Below the pieces are notes generated by a model. It saw nothing but the letters and a program-made list of their open reading frames with translations, did no database searches and was not told where the DNA came from. The translations under genes were made by a program, and so were the position numbers. From an uncultured Planctomycetota bacterium (GTDB lineage Bacteria > Planctomycetota > Phycisphaerae > Tepidisphaerales > Tepidisphaeraceae), in NCBI GenBank assembly GCA_963841915.1, contig CAWJEN010000006.1, positions 768,001 through 832,000 of the forward strand: DNA of 64,000 bases, in the 5' to 3' direction. Shown piece after piece: positions 52,430-62,215 of this stretch; position 1 is the first letter of the stretch; each line of letters opens with the position of its first letter.

Positions 52430-54409
52430 ATGTTGACCCGCGACGCTGTCAGTTCTGATGCGATGTCTGACGATCCGTTGGCGTCGGCCTCACCGGCCGA
52501 GCGGATCCCGGTGAGCGTTCATCCCGACGCCGCTGCCGCCAGTCGAGCGGTCGCTGCGGAGATCGCGTCCATCATCCGCACCCGCAACGACGCCGGCAGC
52601 GCTGCCGTGCTCGGCCTGGCGACCGGCTCGACGCCGACCGGCGTCTACGACGAGCTCATCCGGTTGCACCAGGACGAAGGCTTGTCGTTCAAGAACGTCG
52701 TCACGTTCAACCTCGACGAGTACTGGCCGATGCAGCCGGGCGATCTGCAGAGCTACGTCCGCTTCATGAAGGAGCACCTGTTCGACCACATCGACATCGA
52801 CCCTGCCAACGTCCATGTGCCCGACGGCACACTCGCCATCGAGGGTGTGGCCGAGTTCTGCCGTGGATATGAGCAGAAGATCCGCGAGCACGGCGGTATC
52901 GACGTCCAGCTTCTCGGCATCGGCAGAACCGGGCACGTCGGCTTCAACGAGCCGGGCAGCCCGCGTGACAGCCGGACGCGACTGATCACGCTCGACAAGG
53001 TGACCCGCGCCGACGCCGCGGCCGACTTTTTTGGCGAAGAAAACGTGCCGCGCCGTGCCATAACGATGGGCGTAGCGAGCATCATGGACGCTCGCCGGGT
53101 CATTCTGCTGGCCTTCGGCGAGCACAAGGCGCCGGTCGTCTGGCGTGCGGTCGAGGGCGAAGTCGACGCGGCAGTAAGCGCGAGCTTTTTGCAGGGGCAC
53201 GAGCACGCGAAGTTCGTGCTCGACCCCGCCGCCGCCGGTGAGCTAACGCGATTGGCCAGGCCTTGGCTGCTCGGCCCGCTGGGCATGAGCGGGCTGGCGT
53301 GGGACGAGGCCATGACCCGCCGGGCAGTGATCTGGCTGGCCCGCAAGCTTGACAAGCCGTTGCTGAAACTCACGGACGCCGACTACAACGAGAACGGGTT
53401 GCAGGAGCTTGTCGCCTCGCGTGGCAGCGCGTACGAGATCAACATTGAGGTCTTCAAAGGCCGCACCCGCACGATCACGGGTTGGCCGGCGGGCAAAGAG
53501 CCGGGCAAGCCCGACTACAGCGGCGTCTACCGCGGCAGCGACGCGTTTCCTAAACGTGTCGTCGTCTTCAGCCCGCACCCCGACGACGACGTCATCTCGA
53601 TGGGTGGCACGTTCATTCGGCTGTGCGACCAGGGACACGACGTGCACGTTGCATACCAGACGAGCGGCAACATCGCTGTCTGGGATGACTCGGCACGGCG
53701 GCACGCCGACCTGCTCGCCGAGGCGGCGGGAGCTTTCGGCCTTGATGCCAAGCAGGCCCGAGACGTGGCAGACCGAATCGAGCGCGACATTGCCGGTAAA
53801 GGGCCCGGCGACGTCGACTCTGAGGAGCTCAAGTCGATGAAGGGGCTGATCCGCCGGACCGAGGCCCGGGCGGCGGCGAGGTACAGCGGCGTCAAAGACG
53901 ACCACATCCACTTCCTCGACATGCCGTTCTACGAAACCGGCCGCGTGCGGAAAAAACCGCTGACGAGCGACGACGTCGACATCATCGTCAAGCTGCTCCG
54001 CGACGTTCGGCCGCACCAGGTCTACGCGGCGGGTGACCTGTCCGACCCGCATGGCACGCACCGCACGTGCCTGGCTGCGGTGCTCAAGGCGCTGGCCGAG
54101 TGTGAGGGCGACGACTGGTACAAGCAGCTGGAGGTCTGGCTGTACCGCGGGGCGTGGCAGGAGTGGGAGCCACAGGACCTGGAGATGGCCGTGCCTTTGT
54201 CACCCGGGGAAGTCGCACGCAAGCGGGCGGCGATCTTCCGGCACGAGAGCCAGAAGGACCGGGCCCGCTTCCCGGGCCGCGACGCTCGTGAGTTCTGGCA
54301 GCGGGCAGAAGACCGCACCCGCGAGACGGCTGCCTGCTACGACGCGCTGGGCCTTGCCGAGTACGAGGCGATTGAGGGCTTCGTCCGGTGGAAGGGCGAG
54401 GCCATGTGA
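52430..54409 (+). CDS. nagB: Glucosamine-6-phosphate deaminase with C-terminal PIG-L-like domain
   Basis: LGLATGSTP, FNLDEY, LGIGRTGHVGFNEPGS; then FSPHPDDDVISMGGT and DPHGTH. Confidence 0.93.
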   Translation: MLTRDAVSSDAMSDDPLASASPAERIPVSVHPDAAAASRAVAAEIASIIRTRNDAGSAAVLGLATGSTPTGVYDELIRLHQDEGLSFKNVVTFNLDEYWPMQPGDLQSYVRFMKEHLFDHIDIDPANVHVPDGTLAIEGVAEFCRGYEQKIREHGGIDVQLLGIGRTGHVGFNEPGSPRDSRTRLITLDKVTRADAAADFFGEENVPRRAITMGVASIMDARRVILLAFGEHKAPVVWRAVEGEVDAAVSASFLQGHEHAKFVLDPAAAGELTRLARPWLLGPLGMSGLAWDEAMTRRAVIWLARKLDKPLLKLTDADYNENGLQELVASRGSAYEINIEVFKGRTRTITGWPAGKEPGKPDYSGVYRGSDAFPKRVVVFSPHPDDDVISMGGTFIRLCDQGHDVHVAYQTSGNIAVWDDSARRHADLLAEAAGAFGLDAKQARDVADRIERDIAGKGPGDVDSEELKSMKGLIRRTEARAAARYSGVKDDHIHFLDMPFYETGRVRKKPLTSDDVDIIVKLLRDVRPHQVYAAGDLSDPHGTHRTCLAAVLKALAECEGDDWYKQLEVWLYRGAWQEWEPQDLEMAVPLSPGEVARKRAAIFRHESQKDRARFPGRDAREFWQRAEDRTRETAACYDALGLAEYEAIEGFVRWKGEAM

Positions 54410-54423
54410 CCCTTTGCCGCGAT

Positions 54424-55053
54424 TCAGTTGTTGCGATACAGGTCGTTCTGCCTGATGTACCGGGCGACGCCATCGGAAACAAGCTCATCGATCGGCTCGC
54501 CTGCTGCCACGCGACGGCGGACGAGCGTCGAGCTGACATCGAGCGGCGTCACCTTGACCACATGATCGCGCAAATGTCGGACCTGCGCCGGTAGCGAGGC
54601 CCAGTCGATCACGTGACCCGGCCGGGCCATCACGACGAACTGCAAAATGGTGGGCGGCACTGCCAACAGGTCGGCAGCCCGGTGCCAACGCGGCAGGCCG
54701 GCGAGCAGGTCCGCGCCGATCAACCAAGGCGTCGGCTGACCCATTTTTGCAGAAATTTCAGCGGCGGTGTCGGCGGTGAAGCTCGGGCCGGCCCGCAACA
54801 CTTCGCGATTATCCACAATGAAGAACGGATCGCCTTCAACGGCGACGCGGCACATTGCCACACGGTCCTTGGCCGATGCACTGCCGCCCTCCTTGAACGG
54901 AGACTGACCAGCCACGACGAGACGAACGGCGTCGAAACCACCCGATTCCGCGGCATTTCGAGCAGTATTGAGATGGCCTAGATGAACGGGATCAAAACTG
55001 CCGCCGAAGCAAAGCTCGTTGGCAGCGGCAAGATGTGGGCTCTGCGGGGTCAC
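54424..55053 (-). CDS. nadD: Nicotinate-nucleotide adenylyltransferase
   Basis: FGGSFDPVHLGH, PSFTADT, LIGAD, WH, VSSTLVR. Confidence 0.95.
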   Translation of the reverse strand: MTPQSPHLAAANELCFGGSFDPVHLGHLNTARNAAESGGFDAVRLVVAGQSPFKEGGSASAKDRVAMCRVAVEGDPFFIVDNREVLRAGPSFTADTAAEISAKMGQPTPWLIGADLLAGLPRWHRAADLLAVPPTILQFVVMARPGHVIDWASLPAQVRHLRDHVVKVTPLDVSSTLVRRRVAAGEPIDELVSDGVARYIRQNDLYRNN

Positions 55054-55079
55054 CAGTTTGCAGTAGATTTAACTTCGTG

Positions 55080-55107
55080 TTGACACGACCATCGAAGGCT
55101 GTACCTT
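55080..55107 (+). promoter_or_regulatory. Possible sigma-70 promoter for the downstream sigma gene
   Basis: TTGACA (55080-55085), 16-nt spacer, TACCTT (55102-55107). Confidence 0.35.
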
Positions 55108-55463
55108 CCAGGCCCCGATGGCTGCTAGGCAGGTCAACACCGGCTGGCAACATGCGTGAGGCCTTTTGTGGCATCGCCCATGCTTGACAGGCGGCGGGTC
55201 GGTGCCACGACCCCGTTGCCCCTTTAGAGGCGAAGCGGCTTGCCAGGTGCGACCGCGGGCTGACTCGCGGGTACTACCTGTTGAGACGGCTTTACCGCCT
55301 CTATGCCGGAATGGTACGTGGCTTGGCGTCCGCTTTGCAGCGGACGCTGGACCGCCACCGGTAGAGGCGACGCCGGCGATGTTCAGATAACCGTCTGAAT
55401 CTGCCGACGGCCGCAGACGAACCTTCCGCCCCGCCGACTGGCGCCGGCGGGATGTAGGCCACG

Positions 55464-56750
55464 ATGCTAGGCGACCCGTCCGGTCACCAGCGACAACCAG
55501 ATCCTAAACCGCCTGACGCGAGTGCGAAGGGCTACCCCCAACTGATCGAGATGACGAAGACGACAAAGACGGCACCGGAAGCCAATGCCTCCACCGAGGC
55601 TCCGCGTAAGCCCGTGATCCATTCCCGGACGGTCGAGGCCCAGAAGGCCGCCCGCAACAGCGAGGGCGAGGTCGGTGCACCTCTGCGCCGCCGCGTCGAG
55701 GCGCTGTTGGCCGAGGAGTTTGACTTCATGGACTCCGAGCAGTTCCAACGCAAGGGCATCGAAAAAGAGCTCTTCGGCGAAGACATTCCCATGCTGCCGC
55801 TTGTCGACTGGTACCAGCCGACACGCGACGATGCGTTCGACAAGACCGAGAACGTCAGCGCTCCGACGCTCATGAAGCCGCCGGAAGAGCGGCTGATGTT
55901 CGCTCGCTTCAACTACGCCAAGCTCAAGATCGGCCGCGTCCAGCGTCGCATCAAGAAGAAGGGCCTCAAGAACCTCGAGCGTAAGGACGGCCAGGAACTG
56001 GTCGTCTGGAACGACCGCTTCGAGCACCTTCGCGAGTACCTGGTCCGCACGAACCTCGCCCTCGTCCTGGCCATGGCCAAGCGGACGCGGCTGGGCGACG
56101 TCGACTTCGCAGAAGTGGTTTCCGAGGGTAACATGGCCCTCATCCGCGCGGTTGATAAGTTCAACGTCGACAAGGGCTTCAAGTTCAGCACGTACGCTTG
56201 CCGGGCCATCCTGAAGGCGTTCAGCCGGACGGCCATGAAGCACTCGCGTCACCGCCAGCGGTTCCCCGTCGAGTTCGAGCCGGACCTCGAGAAGTCGAAC
56301 TGGCTCGAAACCAAGCGTGGCGATGTTCGTGACGATTGTGTCGTCGAACTCAAGACGATCGTCGACCGCAACATGGCCGATTTGACCGATGTCGAGCAGA
56401 CCGTGCTCAAGCGTCGCTTCAACTGGGAGCAGGACACGAACAACCCGCTCACCCTGGAGCAGGTCGGCAAGATCATCGGCGTCACGAAGGAGCGGGTGCG
56501 CCAGATCCAGAACAAGGCGCTGGCCAAGATCCGCAAGCTCATGGAAGAAGGCGTGCTTCGCAGCGAATCGCGTGAACGGCAGTTCGATGGCGACGCGCTC
56601 AAGCTTCGCGGCTTCGAAGTCGACCTCATGCGGATCGAGGCAGAAGCCCGTGGCGAGCGGTTCGACCTCTTCGCCGACGAGCCGCCGACGTTCAATCCCG
56701 ACGAATTCGAGCTTGATCCCGAGCCGAACCTCGCCGCGGTCAAGGACTGA
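55464..56750 (+). CDS. Sigma-70 family sigma factor (RpoD-like regions 2 and 4, atypical)
   Basis: NLALVLAMAKR, SEGNMALIRAVDKF, GFKFSTYA, TLEQVGKIIGVTKERVRQIQNKALAK. Start may be 55551. Confidence 0.9.
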   Translation: MLGDPSGHQRQPDPKPPDASAKGYPQLIEMTKTTKTAPEANASTEAPRKPVIHSRTVEAQKAARNSEGEVGAPLRRRVEALLAEEFDFMDSEQFQRKGIEKELFGEDIPMLPLVDWYQPTRDDAFDKTENVSAPTLMKPPEERLMFARFNYAKLKIGRVQRRIKKKGLKNLERKDGQELVVWNDRFEHLREYLVRTNLALVLAMAKRTRLGDVDFAEVVSEGNMALIRAVDKFNVDKGFKFSTYACRAILKAFSRTAMKHSRHRQRFPVEFEPDLEKSNWLETKRGDVRDDCVVELKTIVDRNMADLTDVEQTVLKRRFNWEQDTNNPLTLEQVGKIIGVTKERVRQIQNKALAKIRKLMEEGVLRSESRERQFDGDALKLRGFEVDLMRIEAEARGERFDLFADEPPTFNPDEFELDPEPNLAAVKD

Positions 56751-56770
56751 GGCAGGCGAGACCAATCACG

Positions 56771-56803
56771 AGCCCGGCAGCAAATGGCTGCCGGGCTTCT
56801 TTG
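56771..56803 (+). terminator. Intrinsic terminator after the sigma gene
   Basis: AGCCCGGCAGC-AAATG-GCTGCCGGGCT followed by TCTTT. Confidence 0.8.
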
Positions 56804-56824
56804 TGCGCGGTCCGTCGGGAACTA

Positions 56825-57757
56825 ATGTCGGGCATGCCCATCAGCGAGTTCCCGGCGACCGAGACTTGGCTGCCGACGATCAAGATTGCGATTCACGAAG
56901 ATCTTGCCGGTGGCGGCATTGAGGCCGATGTCACGGGCCGGCTTATCATTCCGCGAGGACTCGAAGGCGTGGCGACGCTCGTGCAGAAGGCGCGGGGCGT
57001 AACCTGTGGTCTGCCGGCGGTGGGGACGATCTGTCACCTGTTCGACGACGGCATCACGGTCGATCCCCCCATCGACCACGCCCGCGACGGAGACTATCTC
57101 GAAGCCTCGTCTGCCCAGCCGGTGCCGTTGCTGCGGCTTCGCGGGCCGGTTCGGTCGCTACTGGCGGCAGAGCGGACGATGCTCAACCTCGTCTGCCACC
57201 TCAGCGGCGTCGCGACGATGACACACCAGTTCGTCAAACAGTGCGAGGGCACGGCGGCCCAGATATTCGACACGCGAAAAACGATGCCGGGCCTGAGGTC
57301 GCTGCAGAAGTACGCCGTCACCTGCGGCGGGGGCGTCAACCACCGCATGGCGTTGCACGACATGGTTCTGGTGAAAGACAATCACCTCGCACTCGCAGGC
57401 GTGGCCGAGGGGCAGCCGCTGCACAAGGCGATCGAGGAGGTCGTTGCCCGCAGTCACAAAGAAGCGATCGAGCGGCCTATAGAGGTCGAGGTCGACACGA
57501 TGGAGCAGTTCCGCGAGGTGCTGTCCGTCGACGGTGTCGACGTCATTCTGCTGGACAACATGACGCCGCAGCAGCTGCAGCAGTGCGTCAGCCTGCGCGA
57601 CGCGACCGGCCACTCGACGCCTCTTCTCGAAGCCAGCGGTGGTGTTTCGCTCGACACCGTCGCTTCCATTGCTCGAAGCGGCGTCGAGCGGATCAGCGTC
57701 GGCGCGATCACGCACTCTGTGCCGTCGCTCGACCTGTCGCTCGACGTCACGGTCTGA
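56825..57757 (+). CDS. nadC: Nicotinate-nucleotide pyrophosphorylase (carboxylating)
   Basis: AERTMLN, DTRKTMPG, NHRMAL, VKDNH, EVEVD, LLDN, EASGG. Confidence 0.96.
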   Translation: MSGMPISEFPATETWLPTIKIAIHEDLAGGGIEADVTGRLIIPRGLEGVATLVQKARGVTCGLPAVGTICHLFDDGITVDPPIDHARDGDYLEASSAQPVPLLRLRGPVRSLLAAERTMLNLVCHLSGVATMTHQFVKQCEGTAAQIFDTRKTMPGLRSLQKYAVTCGGGVNHRMALHDMVLVKDNHLALAGVAEGQPLHKAIEEVVARSHKEAIERPIEVEVDTMEQFREVLSVDGVDVILLDNMTPQQLQQCVSLRDATGHSTPLLEASGGVSLDTVASIARSGVERISVGAITHSVPSLDLSLDVTV

Positions 57758-57771
57758 CATGTCGCGCACCG

Positions 57772-57807
57772 AAAAGCCTCTGAAGACGTCACCGTCTTCA
57801 GAGGCTT
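57772..57807 (-). terminator. Intrinsic (possibly bidirectional) terminator between convergent genes
   Basis: 15-bp perfect stem AAGCCTCTGAAGACG/CGTCTTCAGAGGCTT with a 4-nt loop; short T-run on the minus strand. Confidence 0.75.
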
Positions 57808-57834
57808 AGGGAGAGAGAGATCTGTTGCGACGGC

Positions 57835-58104
57835 TCAGTCGTTGACAAGGTCGTCAGCGGCGTCTTCGACATCCTCGGCGGTGTCTTCCATCGAATCCTT
57901 CATGTCATCGCCGGCCTCTTCCACGTTGTCGCCGAGATTGTCCATCCCGTCGCTCATGTCATCGCCCATGTCATTCATGTCGTCATTGACGGAATCGACG
58001 TCGTCATTGAGTTCGGGCTCGTCGCTGTCACAGCCGACGGTGACACCAGCGAAGAGGAAGGTGGCGGTCAGGGCGACGAGGAGCTTCAGGAGCTTGGTGT
58101 TCAT
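57835..58104 (-). CDS. Small, highly acidic lipoprotein
   Basis: Signal MNTKLLKLLVALTATFLFAGVTVGC, then D/E/M-rich quasi-repeats. Confidence 0.8.
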   Translation of the reverse strand: MNTKLLKLLVALTATFLFAGVTVGCDSDEPELNDDVDSVNDDMNDMGDDMSDGMDNLGDNVEEAGDDMKDSMEDTAEDVEDAADDLVND

Positions 58105-58189
58105 AGCGTTGGTTCTGCGGGGTCAGGCGGTCGGCCTGGCTGATTGGTGGCCCACCGGACATTCGGCGGGCATGTAGGTGAGTCTAATG

Positions 58190-58660
58190 CTAATCCCGTG
58201 CCACGCCAGTTGGAATGTCAGATCCGGACAGGGCTGACAGCTCGCCGTTGAGGTACGCCTGAAGAAAGCCGGCGGCGGCGACGGCGTCGAGACGCTTCTT
58301 CTTCCGCTTCCGCGTCAGGTTCTCGCCCCCGCGACGCCGACTCGCCAGCACCGCCTCTGCCGCCAAACTGCTTTGACGCTCGTCAACCAGGCACAGCGGC
58401 AACTTGACCGCATCTGCGACGCTGCGGGCCCAGGTCCGCACGTTCTTGGCCGATGGCCCCTCCGTACCGTCCATGTTGATCGGCAGGCCCACGACCAGCA
58501 CCTCGGCCCCTTCCCGCTCGACAACCGCCACAATTTCGGCCTGGGCGACAGCGTCCGTCGTAACCTCCAGCACCGCCAGCGGCGACACGAAGGTGCCACC
58601 GGCGTCGCTGAGTGCCAATCCGACGCGGCGTGTGCCGTAGTCGATGCCAAGGTGTCGCAT
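58190..58660 (-). CDS. ruvX: YqgF/RuvX family nuclease
   Basis: LGIDYGTRRVGLALSD, VVGLP.NMDG, VDERQSS, DAVAA. Confidence 0.93.
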   Translation of the reverse strand: MRHLGIDYGTRRVGLALSDAGGTFVSPLAVLEVTTDAVAQAEIVAVVEREGAEVLVVGLPINMDGTEGPSAKNVRTWARSVADAVKLPLCLVDERQSSLAAEAVLASRRRGGENLTRKRKKKRLDAVAAAGFLQAYLNGELSALSGSDIPTGVARD

Positions 58661-58671
58661 GCGCTGCCTCC

Positions 58672-59793
58672 TCAGATGTACCGGTCGCCGAACTTCTCCT
58701 TGAGCGGCCCTTCGACGAGCTGCTTCACCTTCTCAGCGTCGGCCTTGGGGCACACCAGCGTGCAGTCGGCTGTGTGCACGATCACCATATCGCTCACGCC
58801 GATGAGGGCGATGAGGTGGTCGGGCGTCTTCTCGTCGCGGCTGAGGATGATGTTGGCGTCCGACTCGAGCAACGCCGTCGCCGGGGCGTCGATCGCGTTG
58901 TCGGCGTCGTCGGTGTCGAGCGTCTCGGCCAGGGCGGGCCAACTGCCGACGTCGAGCCAGCTCACGGGCAGCTCCACGACTGCCACGCCCTCCGTTGCAC
59001 CACTGCGACGACTTGCCGGCTCTAGGACCGCGTAGTCGATGCTGATCTTCGGCAGCGACGGGTAGACGTCGCTGACGACCTGGGCCTGCTGATCCGTGCC
59101 CCACGCGTCGGCGATTTTTGACAGGCCGCGATGGCTTTCGGGCAGGAACTCCTTGAGCGCGTCGAGCACGGTGGCAGCCCGCCACACGAACATGCCACTG
59201 TTCCAGTAGTATCGGCCGCTTTCGACGTACCGGTCGGCGGTCGGCTTGTCGGGCTTTTCCTTGAATGCTTGGACTGAGTAGACGCCCGTCTGGCCGTCGA
59301 CGTCGTCAATCGCGCTGGAGCGTTGGACGTAGCCCAGGCCCGTATGGCCGTGCGTGGGGACGACGCCAAACGTCACGAGCAGGTCGTGGTGCTGCTCGAC
59401 GACGTCGAAGCCCGCATTAAGCCGATCGGCGAATGTTTCGACAGGCGTGATGACGTGATCTGCGGTGACGACTGCGAACGTCGCATCGGGATCGTTCTTG
59501 GCAAGCACAGCCGCCGGAAAGCCGACGGCGTTGGCGGTGTCGCGACCTTCGGGCTCGCCGAGCAGGTTGTTGTCGGGCAGCTCAGGCAAGTCCTTCAGGA
59601 CGGCTGCGCGGTGCTGCTCACCGGTGCAGACGTAGATCCGCTCGGCGGGCATCGAATGCAGCAGCCGTTCGAACGCGAGGCGGAGCAGACTCTTGCCTTT
59701 GGCGACGGGGAGCAGCTGCTTTGGGGTATTGCCCCGTGAAAGCGGCCAGAGCCGTTTGCCGCTGCCGCCGGCCATGATGACGCCGTATCGCAT
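58672..59793 (-). CDS. manC: Mannose-1-phosphate guanylyltransferase
   Basis: IMAGGSGKRLWPLSR, PKQLL, EPEGRDTA, ADH, FKEKP, WNSGMF, ISIDYAVLE, WLDVGSW. Confidence 0.94.
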   Translation of the reverse strand: MRYGVIMAGGSGKRLWPLSRGNTPKQLLPVAKGKSLLRLAFERLLHSMPAERIYVCTGEQHRAAVLKDLPELPDNNLLGEPEGRDTANAVGFPAAVLAKNDPDATFAVVTADHVITPVETFADRLNAGFDVVEQHHDLLVTFGVVPTHGHTGLGYVQRSSAIDDVDGQTGVYSVQAFKEKPDKPTADRYVESGRYYWNSGMFVWRAATVLDALKEFLPESHRGLSKIADAWGTDQQAQVVSDVYPSLPKISIDYAVLEPASRRSGATEGVAVVELPVSWLDVGSWPALAETLDTDDADNAIDAPATALLESDANIILSRDEKTPDHLIALIGVSDMVIVHTADCTLVCPKADAEKVKQLVEGPLKEKFGDRYI

Positions 59794-59894
59794 GAGGAAG
59801 TCGTGAGTCTTGCGTAGATCGAGAGGAGAAGGGTGCCGGCCGATTTCACGCGTTGTGTCGCGGCGGGCAGTCGGGCAAGAGTAGCGTCACGATC

Positions 59895-60125
59895 ATGGCA
59901 CACGTTTGCAACATCGATGCTAAAGGTCGACTTTTTCGCGGGCTGCTCGGCCTCGCCGCCTGCGTGGTCGCGCTGATCGTCCTGCTCGCCTGGGCGTTGC
60001 CGTCGGGCGCGGTGCTTGCGTGGGTACTCGTCGCCGTGGTGGCGGGCGTTGGCCTCTTCGGGCTGTACGAGTCGTACCACGGCTGGTGTGCCGCCCGGGC
60101 ACTGGGAATTAAAACACCGTTCTAG
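59895..60125 (+). CDS. Small membrane protein (DUF2892/YgaP-like)
   Basis: NID..GR..R, two TMs, GWC...ALGIKT. Confidence 0.7.
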   Translation: MAHVCNIDAKGRLFRGLLGLAACVVALIVLLAWALPSGAVLAWVLVAVVAGVGLFGLYESYHGWCAARALGIKTPF

Positions 60126-60130
60126 CCGAC

Positions 60131-61787
60131 ATGGCCACCACTGACCTGCCGACCGTCTGGCTGTTCGAGGATCAGCTCAATCCGCGGGTGACGGCGTTGG
60201 CCGAAGCGCCGAAGGACTCGCCGGTATTGCTCGTCGAGAGCGACGTGAACTTCCGCATGTTTCCGTTTCACAAGAAGCGGATCACGTTCCTCGTCAGCGC
60301 GATGCGGCACTTCGCGGCAGAGCTGGAGACGGCGGGGCACGATGTCCGCCACTACCCGCTCAAGCCTCGCGGCTACCGCGACGCGTTGTCCGCGTTGGTC
60401 CATCACCTCAAGAAGCGCAAGAACCGCGAGCTGTGGATCACCGAGCCCAGCGAATGGCACACGCGGCATTGGCTCGAGACTGTGCCAAGCCGCCTGGCTA
60501 GCGAGTTTGGTGTCGAAGGCGTGACGATCCGATGGCTGCCGAACCGTCTGTTCCTGACCGATCGCCAGCATTTTGCGACGTGGCTGGGCGGTCGCAAGAA
60601 GCCGGTCATGGAGCACTACTACCGCCAGATGCGGCGGCGAGCACGACCTGCTCATGGACGAAGGCAAGCCGGCCGGTGGCACTTGGAACTACGACAAGCT
60701 CAACCGCAAGTCGGCCCCGAAGGGTCACGTATTTCCGGAGTCGCCAAGCTATGAACCCGACGAAATCACGCTCGAGGTGATGAAGGAGGTCGAGCGACGC
60801 TTTGCCACGCACCCGGGCAGCACCGAAGGCTTTGATCTGCCTTGCGATCGCCAGACGGCCAAGGCGGCGTTCGATCGTTTCGTGAAGGAGCGGTTGCCGC
60901 TGTTCGGCGACTACGAGGACGCCATGGTGACGGGCGAGCGGACGCTGTACCACAGCATCGTGTCGCCGCTGTTCAACGCCGGGCTGGTCGAGCCTCTGGC
61001 GTTGTGCAAGCTGGTCGAAAAGGCGTGGCGGCAGGGCAAGGTGCCTCTGAACGCGGCCGAGGGGTTCATCCGCCAGATCATCGGCTGGCGAGAGTTCGTC
61101 TACGGCATCTACTGGTCCCTCATGCCCGAGTACCGCACGCGCAACCCGCGCGGCGACAGTCGGCCACTGCCCGGCTTCTTCTGGGACGCCGAGACCGACA
61201 TGAACTGCCTGAAGCAGTCGATCGGCCACGTGGTCGACGACGGCTTCAGCCACCACATCCAGCGGCTGATGGTCATCTGCAACTTCGCCACGCTCGCCGG
61301 CCTGTCGCCTCAGGCGGTCAACGACTGGTTCCTGGCCATGTACGTCGACAGCCACGACTGGGTCGTCACGCCCAACGTCATCGGCATGGCCATGAACAGC
61401 GACGACGGCGTCATCGCGACCAAGCCCTACGTCAGCAGTGCCAACTACATCAACAAGATGAGCGACTACTGCAGCGGTTGCCGATTCAATCCGAAAGAGC
61501 GGATCGGCCCGAAGGCGTGCCCGTTCAACTTCATGTACTGGTCGTTCATGGACGACCACCGCGAGCAACTCGGCCGCAACCCGCGTACAAGTCGGCAGCT
61601 CAAGATTCTCGACGGCTTCGGCGAACAGGTCATCAACGAGATGCGCCGCCTACGGGAGACGTTCTTGGAAGAAGTCGCCCCCCGAAAGGTGAAGGGCGGC
61701 GACGACTACGCCCAATGGAACCAGCCACGCGGCAGGGCGGAGGCCGAGGGCAAGACCGTGTATAACGGCCGCCATGACGCAGACTGA
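60131..61787 (+). CDS. Fe-S cryptochrome/(6-4) photolyase family protein (PhrB/CryB type), split by one frameshift near 60632-60640
   Basis: Frame 1 has DQL, HKKRI...SAMRHFA and MEHYYRQMR. Frame 2 continues with P.GGTWNYD..NR, EGFIRQIIGWRE, HHIQRLM, KPYVSSANYINKMSDYCSGC and ACPF. Confidence 0.9.
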
Positions 61788-62196
61788 TCCGGATGAACAG
61801 CCAATTGAGGCGGTTCTCTTCAACTACCCAGATCAAGAAGCCAGCGCAGATCTTGGGACGTTCGTCCGGAGGATTTTTGGCATTTGGTACGCCTTCTATT
61901 ACATCGGCTTGATCTTCGACTACTCCGTTGCGATCGCCGTTTCTAAAACGGGGACGAGCGACGTTTGGGACATGTACCTGCCGTGGATCGGTTCGAGCGT
62001 CGTTGGCGTCGGGATGTGTATCGGGATTGCCTCGTACACGCCAAAAAACAACAGCAGTCTCGGCTACGCCGGCGACATCTTCAACGCTGCTTGGTACGCA
62101 TATGTTGCTCCGGCCGGCAACATCAGCGTTGGAATCTTTGTGTTGGCAAAAGCACACCGGCTCGCCGCGTTCATCACGCGGCGAGCCGGTAGCTAA
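61774..62196 (+). CDS. Hypothetical membrane protein
   Basis: About three hydrophobic segments; lower GC than flanking genes; overlaps the photolyase stop. Confidence 0.55.
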   Translation: MTQTDPDEQPIEAVLFNYPDQEASADLGTFVRRIFGIWYAFYYIGLIFDYSVAIAVSKTGTSDVWDMYLPWIGSSVVGVGMCIGIASYTPKNNSSLGYAGDIFNAAWYAYVAPAGNISVGIFVLAKAHRLAAFITRRAGS

Positions 62197-62215
62197 CTGA
62201 AGCTGACAAGTAGTC

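Noticed and set aside
52430..54409. NagB fused to a PIG-L-like domain as a novel fusion
   Set aside because: This long NagB architecture is already well known, for example in Bacteroidota.
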